The notes beneath the pieces were generated by a model that saw nothing but the letters and a program-made list of their open reading frames with translations, ran no database searches and was not told the origin of the DNA. The position numbers were made by a program, and so were the translations under genes. DNA of 64,000 nucleotides from Candidatus Eiseniibacteriota bacterium (GTDB lineage Bacteria; Eisenbacteria; RBG-16-71-46; CAZAMP01), in contig OZ245046.1 of assembly GCA_965224245.1 (NCBI GenBank), forward strand, positions 5,632,001 to 5,696,000, read 5' to 3'. Shown piece by piece: positions 1-8,471 of this stretch. The stretch's first letter is position 1, and each line of letters begins with the position of its first letter.

Positions 1-341
1 ATCACGTCCTCCACGAGAAGGGGCGTGGCCATGATGGCGTCGAACGTGCGCTGGAAGTACATGCGCACGAAGCTCGAGTACGTGGTCTCGAAGTAGGACC
101 AGAACATGATGGCCACCGAGATCACGCCGGGCACCATGAAGCGCAGGTAGCGGATCTCCTCGCCCTGGTAGACGACGGTGCCGATCAGGCTCCCCATGCC
201 GAGGCCGAACGCCAGCACGTACAGGATGGGCTCGAAGAGCGGCGGCAGCACGTTGACCATCCAGGTCGTGCGCGACACGTCGGCGTTCCGCTGCCAGACG
301 CGCCACGAGCGGCGTGAGACGTTGCGAAGGGCGTCGATCAT
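1..341 (-). CDS. ABC-2 type transporter permease (NodJ-like), runs off the window end
   Basis: Manual translation from ATG at 341: MIDALRNVSRRSWRVWQRNADVSRTTWMVNVLPPLFEPILYVLAFGLGMGSLIG...YLRFMVPGVISVAIMF. This is a typical ABC-2 permease pattern, directly downstream of an ABC ATPase. Not in the ORF track. Confidence 0.85.
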   Translation of the reverse strand, partial: MIDALRNVSRRSWRVWQRNADVSRTTWMVNVLPPLFEPILYVLAFGLGMGSLIGTVVYQGEEIRYLRFMVPGVISVAIMFWSYFETTYSSFVRMYFQRTFDAIMATPLLVEDV

Positions 342-381
342 GTGGCGTCTCCGTGCGATCGGTCTCGCGTCACGGGGCCGG

Positions 382-1299
382 TCATTCGCGGAGCGTCCTT
401 CCGGCTCGATGCAGGAAGACGTCCTCCAGCGTGGCGTGGCGAATGAGTCGCTCCTGATGGGGGAACCGCGCCCCGAGCGTCGCCGACAGGTCCCCGTTCG
501 CCGCCGGGATCACGAACAGTCGATCCCCGAGATCCTCCACGCGCTCGGCCTGGCTCGTCACGAAGGCCCGGACGTCGTCGGACACGTTCCACAGCTCGAT
601 GACCTCGCTGCCGATCTCCTCCTCGACGAGCGTCTTGGGATGACCCTCGAGGAGGATCTTGCCCGCGTCGATCAGGATCACCCGGTCGCAGAGCTGCGTC
701 GCCTCCTCCATGTAGTGCGTGGTGAGGAGCACCGTCGTGCCGTCGCGACGCAGGCGGCGGACCCGGGCCCAGATGAGCTGGCGGGCCTGGGGATCGAGTC
801 CGGTCGTGGGCTCGTCCAGCACGAGCATCCGGGGTCGATTGATGAGCGCGCGGGCCAGGATCAGGCGCCGCTTCATGCCACCCGACAGCGCATCGATCCG
901 GGCCGAGGCCTTCTCGCCGAGGGCCATCTCATCGAGAAGCGCTTGCGCCCGTGACTCGGCCTCGCGCCCGGTGATGCCGAAGTAACGAGCGAACACCACG
1001 AGGTTCTGGAGTGCCGAGAAGTCGGGGTCGAGGTTGTCCTCCTGCGGGCAGATGCCGAGAAGCGACTTCACCTCGCGCGGGGCCCGCATGACGTCGTGTC
1101 CGAAAACCCGGATGGTCCCCGCGGTGACCGGGCTGAAGCACGTGAGCATCCTGACCGTGGTCGTCTTGCCGGCGCCGTTGGGGCCGAGGATGCCCACGCA
1201 CTCGCCGGCGTCCACGCGGAAGTCGATCGCGTCGACGGCGGTGAACTCACCGTATCGCTTGACGAGGCCGAGCGCCTCGACCGGCGCGGCGTCGGTCAT
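382..1299 (-). CDS. ABC transporter ATP-binding protein (NodI/DrrA-like)
   Basis: Walker A GPNGAGKTT, signature LSGGMKRR, Walker B LVLDEPTTGLD, H-loop TTHYMEEA. Confidence 0.95.
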   Translation of the reverse strand: MTDAAPVEALGLVKRYGEFTAVDAIDFRVDAGECVGILGPNGAGKTTTVRMLTCFSPVTAGTIRVFGHDVMRAPREVKSLLGICPQEDNLDPDFSALQNLVVFARYFGITGREAESRAQALLDEMALGEKASARIDALSGGMKRRLILARALINRPRMLVLDEPTTGLDPQARQLIWARVRRLRRDGTTVLLTTHYMEEATQLCDRVILIDAGKILLEGHPKTLVEEEIGSEVIELWNVSDDVRAFVTSQAERVEDLGDRLFVIPAANGDLSATLGARFPHQERLIRHATLEDVFLHRAGRTLRE

Positions 1300-1302
1300 G
1301 GC

Positions 1303-1875
1303 TCAGCGGGCACCGGCGGCGCGCTCCCGGAGACGGCGACAGTGCCAGGCGTGCCGCCGCTCGTGGGTGACGACCAGATCGAACGCCTGCCCGAGGCTGA
1401 GTCGAAGCAGACGCGTCACCGGGGACGCGAGCTTGCCCTGGCCGAGGTGCCGTCCGTCGGCACGCGCGATGAGCTCGCGAATCTCCCGATGCGCCCCGGC
1501 GAGCGCGGCACGTGCATCGGGCACCGTGCGACGCTCGGTCACCGGCTGGAAGCGCCCCGGGGCCTTGGCCTTGAACCGGGGCGGGGGCTCGAGCGCGCGG
1601 ATGAACCGGTTGGCGAGCCATCCGTGCCGGAAGGGCCCGGTTCCGGAGGGAGCCGTCTCGATCGCCCCCGACATGGGAGCCCGGTATTCACCCCACGTCT
1701 GGATCAGGTGATCGAGGTGCTGTGCCATCGACCAGCCGCCGTCCTCGCGCGGCCGGTTCAGCATCTCGTCGTCGCAACCGTCGAACAGCGCATCGAACTC
1801 GGCATCCAGCGCGTCGAGCTGCCGGAGCCGCTCGCGGAGCTCGGGCTCCCGGACGTTCGTCGTGGGGCTCGTCAT
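1303..1875 (-). CDS. DinB family protein
   Basis: GWSMAQHLDHL and HERRHAWH motifs. Start placed at ATG 1875 (MTSPTT), not at the longer ORF start. Confidence 0.8.
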   Translation of the reverse strand: MTSPTTNVREPELRERLRQLDALDAEFDALFDGCDDEMLNRPREDGGWSMAQHLDHLIQTWGEYRAPMSGAIETAPSGTGPFRHGWLANRFIRALEPPPRFKAKAPGRFQPVTERRTVPDARAALAGAHREIRELIARADGRHLGQGKLASPVTRLLRLSLGQAFDLVVTHERRHAWHCRRLRERAAGAR

Positions 1876-1913
1876 CGGGTGGTGCCTCGCGGCGTGGTCA
1901 TCGCGTCGTCCGA

Positions 1914-2585
1914 TCAGCCGTTGAAGAGTGCGTACAGGCGCTCGCGAATCGTGTCTCGTGCGGCGCGAAACGCGGCCAGCCGCGTCTCGTCGTCGCCTCC
2001 GACCGCCGCGGGGTCGTCGATCGGCCAGTGAATGCGCGGCACCGGCTTCAGAATCGTCGGACACACCTCGTCCGCGCACAGCGTGACCAGCAGCTGCACC
2101 GTGTCCACGTCGACGGCGTCCACTCCCTTCGATCGGAGGCCGTCGGCGGAGAGTCCGAGCTCGCCGAGCACCACGCCGACCTCGGGTCGAAGCGACGTCG
2201 GGTGCGACCCGGCCGAGGACACGGTGACCCCGGCCGGCGCCAGGTGGTGGGCCATGCAGTCGGCGAGCTGGCTACGGGCCGAGTTGGCCACACACATGAA
2301 CAGGATGTGACGCGGCTCGAGCGCATGGGCCAGAGCCGCCTCGATCATCCACCCCCGAGGATCCTGGTTCGCGGGCCCGGTACGGCCCACGATCCGGCCG
2401 TTGATCGTCACCATCGCGCGACCGGGCTCGGGCACCGCGTCGTGCGCGTCGTCCTCGTGCGGGTGGCGCGCCGTGACGTCCACCCCCGGCGCCAGGCGCG
2501 AGACGACGTCGCGCGTCCGCCGCACCGTGGCGTGCTCGTCGACGTCGGCGTCGCCGGCCACCACCACCTCGACGCGCTCGAGCAC
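1914..2585 (-). CDS. arsC: Arsenate reductase / LMW phosphatase (ArsC, thioredoxin-type) with N-terminal extension
   Basis: P-loop ILFMCVANSARSQ (CX5R), LVTLCADEVCP, HWPIDDP. Confidence 0.75.
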   Translation of the reverse strand: MLERVEVVVAGDADVDEHATVRRTRDVVSRLAPGVDVTARHPHEDDAHDAVPEPGRAMVTINGRIVGRTGPANQDPRGWMIEAALAHALEPRHILFMCVANSARSQLADCMAHHLAPAGVTVSSAGSHPTSLRPEVGVVLGELGLSADGLRSKGVDAVDVDTVQLLVTLCADEVCPTILKPVPRIHWPIDDPAAVGGDDETRLAAFRAARDTIRERLYALFNG

Positions 2586-2586
2586 G

Positions 2587-3093
2587 TTACCAGTCCTTGC
2601 CGGCGGCCGCGTCCTCGAGCGAGCCCTCGCCTCTGGCCGCGGCCAGGGCGTTCTCGAGCACGCGCTGCACCTCGGCGGCGTGCTCGGCCCCCTCGTCGCC
2701 GTAGTTGCGCAGAAACGCGAGCTGTTCGAGCGCCGCCTGAACGTGCGCCTCGGCCAGGTACTCGCGCGCGGCGGGAAAGCGCGGCCGGAGCTCCAGCGCG
2801 CGCGTGTAGTTCTTGAACGCCGCCGTCAGGGCGCCGGTCTTGCGCTGCGAGAACGCGAGCAGGTTCAGGATCTCGGGATCGTCCGGCTTGGCCTTGGCCG
2901 CTTTCTCGAGCTTGGCGCGGGCCGCGACGTAGTCGCCGGACTCGGCCAGTGCCTTGGCCTCGTTGAAGAGTTCGGCCGAGGGATCGGCGTCGGATTTCGA
3001 TTCGGTGCCGGCCGCCCATGCCGAGTAGCCACCGACCGCGAGAGCCGTGACCAGCGCGACGACGACCAGACACGAGGCAAAGCGGGTACGCAT
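2587..3093 (-). CDS. Secreted TPR-repeat protein
   Basis: Signal peptide; TPR-like helices (PDDPEILNLLAFSQRKTG, YTRALELRPRFPAAREYLAE). Confidence 0.8.
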   Translation of the reverse strand: MRTRFASCLVVVALVTALAVGGYSAWAAGTESKSDADPSAELFNEAKALAESGDYVAARAKLEKAAKAKPDDPEILNLLAFSQRKTGALTAAFKNYTRALELRPRFPAAREYLAEAHVQAALEQLAFLRNYGDEGAEHAAEVQRVLENALAAARGEGSLEDAAAGKDW

Positions 3094-3139
3094 GACGTGC
3101 TTCTCCGTACGAAGAGTCGGTAGGAATCCGGCGCATACG

Positions 3140-3175
3140 AAAAGCGCCGGGACCAGAGCTCACCCGGTCCCGGCG
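3140..3175 (-). terminator. Probable intrinsic terminator after the CRTAC1-like gene
   Basis: 10-bp inverted repeat cgccgggacc(3145-3154)/ggtcccggcg(3166-3175), followed on the minus strand by CTTTT. Confidence 0.55.
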
Positions 3176-3194
3176 GATCCTATCACCGCGAGCG

Positions 3195-5114
3195 TCAGCG
3201 CGCGATTACGACCTTGCCGGTGGCGACCTCGATCCCGCCGTCGCCCACGGCGCGGTAGTGATAGACGCCCGGAAGGACGGCGCTGCCGCTGGCCAGCCGT
3301 CCGTCCCAGTGGATCGATCCGGTGCCCGCGTCGACCGTCGTCGCGATGCGGCGCACCAGTCGACCGCGGGCGTCGTGGATCGTGATCTCGAGACGCGTGG
3401 CCACGTCGACCCGGTACGCGAACGACGTTCCCGTCCGTGTCGGGTTCGGATGCGGAGCGGCCACGGCCACCGGGGCACCCGAGGTGGGTGCGTCCACGGC
3501 GAGGAGCCCCCGCTGGAAGCTGAGGAGCTGATCCGCGGAGACGTCGACGTAGATGTCCTCGGAGCCGTCGACCCAGCGAACCCGCAGCTCGTCGACGGTC
3601 GTCGCCGCGCCCAGCCCGAAGTGGGCCTCGAGCGGGAAGCCTGCCACGTAGCTGCGGGCGAAGAGCACGTCGCGACGCAGCGTGCGGTCGCCGATCGTGG
3701 CGTACACCACGGCTCCGGCGGCGTCCGCGTCGGGTCCCAGCCGGACGTGCAGCCAGTGTCCCTGATCGGTGCTGACGTTCTCGTAGAGCCGGCAGGACTG
3801 GTTGATGTTGGTGACCAGGAGATCCTCGTCCCCATCGCGGTCGTAGTCGAACGCGATCACGGCGCGCGAGTCGTCGCCGTCCTCGAGACCGACCGGAGTC
3901 ACCCGCGTGAAGTGTCCCGTGCCGTCGTTCTCGAGATACACCGTGGGTGTCTGGTAGACCGGGGACCCCGGACCCACCGCGAACTCCACATACGTATCGA
4001 ATCCGGTCCCGGCGACGATGTCGAGATCGGTGTCGTTGTCGGCGTCGATGAACACGGTGCCCCAGCCCCAGTAGGTCTGCTCGACGCCACGACTCGCGGC
4101 CTCGTTCACGAAGGTGGCGGCGCCCGACTCGGTGAGCTGATTGATGTAGAGCACGTTGCCGTACCCGAGTCCCATGATGCCGTCGTCGTCGGAGATGTTC
4201 GTCGCGTAGAGGTCGAGGTCGTCGTCGTCATCGAAATCGGCGGCCGCCACGCCCATGTCATTGCCGATGTGGTCGACCCCCACGACGGCGCTCACGTCCG
4301 AGAAGAAGTTGCCGACGCGCCGGTAGAACCGGTCCTTCCGGTGATCGATGGCGACGAAGATGTCCTGATCGAGGTCGGCGTCGAAGTCGGTGAAGATCGG
4401 CGTGAAAGAGTCGATCGCGAGCACGCCGAGGCCGGAGAGCGCCGTCACGTCGCTGAACAGAAAGCTCCCGTTGTTCCGGAAGAGGCGGTTGGAGCCCGGG
4501 AACTGAGCCGGTCCCGCCGAGCCGTACATCGACCAGTTCGTGGTGTAGATGTCGAGGTCGCCGTCGCCGTCGTAGTCGGTGATGGCGGCGCCGCAGTGCA
4601 GCATGCCGTCGGGCGCGAAGCCGGAACCGGCGGTGACGCTGACGAACGTACCGTCGCCGTTGCCCTGCCAGATCTGGCTCGTGCTCTCGGGGCCTGCGCC
4701 GGGTGCGATCCCGTCGTTGACGAGAACCAGGTCGCGCAGACCGTCCCCGTCCATGTCGGCGAAGAACGCCAGGCGCGACATGCCCTGATCGGCCAGGGTC
4801 GGCGGCGTGACGTTGGTGAAGGTCTTCGATCCGAGATCCAGCTCGTTGCGGAAGAGGACGTTGGTGTCGCCCCACTGACCGCAGACGTAGACGTCCAGAT
4901 CCCCGTCGTCGTCGTAGTCCCCGACGGCCGCGCCGTTCCCCATGTTGAGGAACATCATCTCCTGGATGATGCTGCCGTCGATGGATTCGCCGAATGCACA
5001 GACGAATCCGAGCCCCGACGTGGCGGTCACGTCGACGAATGCGGTCTCGGCCCAAACGGTTGCCTGCGGCATCATGAGCAGTGACGCTACAGCAGCGAAC
5101 CAGGTCGACTTCAT
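3195..5114 (-). CDS. Secreted CRTAC1/ASPIC-UnbV FG-GAP repeat protein with C-terminal FlgD-Ig/T9SS-like domain
   Basis: Repeated DYDxDGDxD motifs, ASPIC region EAHFGLG...VRW, C-terminal PNPTR...IHDARGRLVR...WDGR...PGVY. Confidence 0.9.
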   Translation of the reverse strand: MKSTWFAAVASLLMMPQATVWAETAFVDVTATSGLGFVCAFGESIDGSIIQEMMFLNMGNGAAVGDYDDDGDLDVYVCGQWGDTNVLFRNELDLGSKTFTNVTPPTLADQGMSRLAFFADMDGDGLRDLVLVNDGIAPGAGPESTSQIWQGNGDGTFVSVTAGSGFAPDGMLHCGAAITDYDGDGDLDIYTTNWSMYGSAGPAQFPGSNRLFRNNGSFLFSDVTALSGLGVLAIDSFTPIFTDFDADLDQDIFVAIDHRKDRFYRRVGNFFSDVSAVVGVDHIGNDMGVAAADFDDDDDLDLYATNISDDDGIMGLGYGNVLYINQLTESGAATFVNEAASRGVEQTYWGWGTVFIDADNDTDLDIVAGTGFDTYVEFAVGPGSPVYQTPTVYLENDGTGHFTRVTPVGLEDGDDSRAVIAFDYDRDGDEDLLVTNINQSCRLYENVSTDQGHWLHVRLGPDADAAGAVVYATIGDRTLRRDVLFARSYVAGFPLEAHFGLGAATTVDELRVRWVDGSEDIYVDVSADQLLSFQRGLLAVDAPTSGAPVAVAAPHPNPTRTGTSFAYRVDVATRLEITIHDARGRLVRRIATTVDAGTGSIHWDGRLASGSAVLPGVYHYRAVGDGGIEVATGKVVIAR

Positions 5115-5300
5115 ACGGATGACCCCTCTTCCACATGAAACCCACGAGCGTCGCGCACGACTATGTTGTCCGGAGATTTTATCATCGAGTCCTGTGTTCT
5201 GCCCACAGAAGACGCCCGGCTCGGCCCAAGTCGCGGATCTGCGACGAGCGGTCGATCGAACCGACCGCGCGGTCGAATCCGGGGAGGGGCGGGCTTCCGT

Positions 5301-5412
5301 CGGTCGCCGGGGTGCCCGACGGCCCTACGGTCGCCCGGCGCCCGACGGCCCTACGGTCGCTGGGCGCCCGACGGCCCTACGGTCGCCCGGCGCCCGACGG
5401 CTCTACGGTCGC
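5301..5412. repeat. Tandem 26-bp minisatellite, about 4.3 copies
   Basis: Units cggtcgc-N5-gcccgacggc(c/t)cta begin at 5301, 5328, 5354 and 5380, with a partial unit at 5406. Confidence 0.9.
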
Positions 5413-6278
5413 CGGCGAAACGCGTCGGACGTGTAGAGGGCCAGCCCCGACCAGATCAGCGCGAATGCCGCGAGGTGCGACCCCGTGAACGGCTCGCCAT
5501 AGATGAAGACGGCAAGCACGAAGTGACAGGTCGGCGTCAGGTACTGGAGGAGACCGAGCGTCGTGTAGCGGAGCCGGCGCGCCCCGAGCGTGAAGGCCAC
5601 GAGCGGCGCGACCGTGAACGCGCCGGTGGAGGCGAGGATCGCGGCCTCGCCGGGGCGGGACAGCGTGAAGGCGCCGCCGGCCGCCCGCCCGGCCCAGACG
5701 AGGTACGCGAGCGCCGGACCGAACAGCACGGCCAGCTCGACCCCGAGTCCCGCGATGGCGTCGGTCCGCATCACCTTGCGCACGAGCCCGTAGAGTCCGA
5801 ACGATCCGGCGAGAGCGAAGGCGATCCACGGGACGCGCCCCACCCGCACGATCAAGAGGGTGACGCCGGCGGCCGCCAGGAGCACCGCGATCGCCTGTCG
5901 TCGCGAGAGACGTTCGCGCAGAAACACGCCCCCGAGAAGCACGTTGACCAGGGGGTTGATGAAGTACCCGAGGCTGGCGTCCAGGACGTGATCGTTGTTG
6001 ACCGCCCACACGAAGCCGAACCAGTTGATGGAGATCAGGATCGTGCTCGCGGTCAGCCGGATGCGCTCGCGCATGTCGCCCAGCGCCGCCCGCACCTCGT
6101 GCCACCGGCCGAGTACGGTGAGCGTGAGCACGACGAGGGGAAACGACCACACGATCCGATGGGCGAGCGTCTCGGTCGCGGGCACGTGCTGGATCGTCTT
6201 CCAGTAGACCGGCGCGAGCCCCCAGAACGCGAACGCGCCGGCCCCGTACGCGAGTCCGCGGATCGTGGAGTTGGACAT
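5403..6278 (-). CDS. rarD: EamA family transporter RarD
   Basis: ETLAHRIVWS, ASLGYFINPLVNVLLG, GLLQYLTPT and about 10 TM segments. Start placed at MSNSTIRG. Confidence 0.9.
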   Translation of the reverse strand: MSNSTIRGLAYGAGAFAFWGLAPVYWKTIQHVPATETLAHRIVWSFPLVVLTLTVLGRWHEVRAALGDMRERIRLTASTILISINWFGFVWAVNNDHVLDASLGYFINPLVNVLLGGVFLRERLSRRQAIAVLLAAAGVTLLIVRVGRVPWIAFALAGSFGLYGLVRKVMRTDAIAGLGVELAVLFGPALAYLVWAGRAAGGAFTLSRPGEAAILASTGAFTVAPLVAFTLGARRLRYTTLGLLQYLTPTCHFVLAVFIYGEPFTGSHLAAFALIWSGLALYTSDAFRRRP

Positions 6279-6346
6279 CGCGTCGGGGCTCCCTCGGTGG
6301 TTGGCGTCGAGCGCGCGGACTGTAGCGTGATACACTCCCGCGCGCC

Positions 6347-8311
6347 ATGATCACACGACGGACACCGACCACACGATACGACGTCCTCGTCGTCGGAGCG
6401 GGGCACGCCGGATGCGAGGCCGCGCTGGCCGCGGCCCGCATGGGCGCGACCGTGGCCCTGTGCACGCTGAGCCGCCGGAAGGTGGCCGAGATGCCGTGTA
6501 ACCCGGCGATCGGCGGCCTGGCCAAGAGCCACCTCGTGCGAGAGCTCGACGCACTGGGCGGCGCCATGGGGCGGGTCATCGACCGGACGGGCATCCAGTT
6601 CCGGATGCTCAACCGGGCCAAAGGACCGGCCGTGCGCGCACCCCGCGCCCAGGCGGACAAGGTCCGCTATCACCGCGCCATGCTCGGGGTGATCGAGGCG
6701 CAGCCGGGCATCGACCTGATCGAGGCGGAGGTCACGGGCATCCGTTTCGACGGAAGCCGGGTCGCCGGTGTCGTCCTCGCGGACGTCGCCGCGCATGGCC
6801 GGGGCGCCGAGGGGACGTCACGCGGAGGCGGCGGCGATCGCCAGGAGCTCGCCTGCGGGGCGGTCGTGATCACCACCGGCACGTTCCTGTACGGGCTCAT
6901 GCACATCGGGGACCGCCGCATGGAGGGGGGGCGCCGCGGCGAGCGACGCACGACCGAGCTCTCGGACTGCATCCGGTCGCTGGGGCTCGAGCTGGCGCGG
7001 TTCAAGACCGGGACCCCGCCCCGCGTGCACCGGCGGAGCGTTCGCACCGATCTCATGGAGGAGCAGCCGGGCGAGTCTCCCCTTCCACGTTTCAGCCACT
7101 TCGACGTCGCGAACGCCAGTCCGCAGGTGTCGTGCTGGATCACCCGCACGACCGAGCGCACCGCGTCCATCATCCGGACGAACTTGCACCGATCGCCGCT
7201 GTACGCGGGTAGCATCCAGGGGATCGGTCCCCGCTACTGTCCGTCGGTCGAGGACAAGATCGTCAAGTTCCCCGACAAGCCGTCGCACCAGATCTTCCTG
7301 GAGCCCGAAGGGCTCGACGTGGACGAGATGTACGTCAACGGGCTGTCCACGAGCATGCCGGAGGCGGTGCAGCAGGAGATGGTGCACTCGATCCCGGGAC
7401 TCGAGACGGCCGAGATCCTGCGGCCCGGGTACGCCGTCGAGTACGACTGCATCCCGCCGGTTCAGCTGGATCGCACGTTGATGGTGACGGCGTACCCGGG
7501 TCTGTTCTTCGCCGGACAGATCAACGGGACCTCGGGCTACGAGGAGGCAGCCGCGCAGGGCCTCGTGGGCGGCGTCAATGCGGTCCAGTACCTGCGCGGT
7601 GCCGAGCCGCTGGTCCCGGGGCGGGCCGACGGCTACATCGGCGTTCTGATCGACGATCTGGTCACGCGGGGCACGCGCGAGCCGTATCGCATGTTCACCA
7701 GTCAGGCGGAGTATCGTCTGATGCTGCGCTGCGACAACGCGGGCGATCGCTTCGGCGAGACCGCGCGCCGCCTCGGGCTGCTGACCGACGCCGAGGCCGA
7801 TCGCCTCGCGCACGAGTCCGGCGCCGCGGCCGACCGCGTCGCTGCCCTCGATCGCTCGCCGGTGCCCAGAGACGCGCTGGAGCGACTCGCCGAGGTCACC
7901 GGCACCCCGGTCTCCGGCAACGTCCGGAGCTGGGCCGAGCTGGTCAGGCGACCGGACTACTCGCTGTCCGACCTCGTGGCCGCCGGCCTCGTGCTGTTCG
8001 ACGACGCGTGCCGCGACCGATTCCCGTCGATCGACGAGGAGCGGGTGATCGAAAAGATCGAGAACGAGATCACGTACGCCGGGTACATCCGACGGATGGA
8101 GGATGAGATCCGACGCCACCGAGCCCTCGAGGAACGACGCATCCCCGCGTCCGTGCTCGAGCGGGATCTCACCGGCCTCTCCTCGGAGGCGGTGGCCAAG
8201 CTGCGCGCGGTGCGCCCCGAGACGTTCGGCCAGGCGAGGCGCATCTCGGGCGTCACACCCGCCGACCTGTCGGTCCTGATGGTGCACGTGGAGCGGCATC
8301 GGCGCTCCTGA
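6347..8311 (+). CDS. mnmG: tRNA uridine-5-carboxymethylaminomethyl modification enzyme MnmG (GidA)
   Basis: VVGAGHAGCEAA, CNPAIGG, KTGTPPR, GPRYCPSVEDK, GQINGTSGYEEAAAQG. Confidence 0.97.
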   Translation: MITRRTPTTRYDVLVVGAGHAGCEAALAAARMGATVALCTLSRRKVAEMPCNPAIGGLAKSHLVRELDALGGAMGRVIDRTGIQFRMLNRAKGPAVRAPRAQADKVRYHRAMLGVIEAQPGIDLIEAEVTGIRFDGSRVAGVVLADVAAHGRGAEGTSRGGGGDRQELACGAVVITTGTFLYGLMHIGDRRMEGGRRGERRTTELSDCIRSLGLELARFKTGTPPRVHRRSVRTDLMEEQPGESPLPRFSHFDVANASPQVSCWITRTTERTASIIRTNLHRSPLYAGSIQGIGPRYCPSVEDKIVKFPDKPSHQIFLEPEGLDVDEMYVNGLSTSMPEAVQQEMVHSIPGLETAEILRPGYAVEYDCIPPVQLDRTLMVTAYPGLFFAGQINGTSGYEEAAAQGLVGGVNAVQYLRGAEPLVPGRADGYIGVLIDDLVTRGTREPYRMFTSQAEYRLMLRCDNAGDRFGETARRLGLLTDAEADRLAHESGAAADRVAALDRSPVPRDALERLAEVTGTPVSGNVRSWAELVRRPDYSLSDLVAAGLVLFDDACRDRFPSIDEERVIEKIENEITYAGYIRRMEDEIRRHRALEERRIPASVLERDLTGLSSEAVAKLRAVRPETFGQARRISGVTPADLSVLMVHVERHRRS

Positions 8312-8471
8312 CGTTCGCGACGTTCCGGTGCGCGACACCGCGAGGATGGCGTCCACCGCGGGGAGATTCCGCCGCCGCGTGCGCGCGAACTCCGATACAC
8401 TCTTCGGTGGACTGCACGTCATTCGTTTGACACGAGCGAACGCCGATCGATCGCACCCCTCGGAGGACTCC

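Noticed and set aside
5301-5412. CRISPR array
   Set aside because: The period is only 26 bp with 5-6 nt variable segments, there are no unique 30-40 nt spacers, and no cas genes are present
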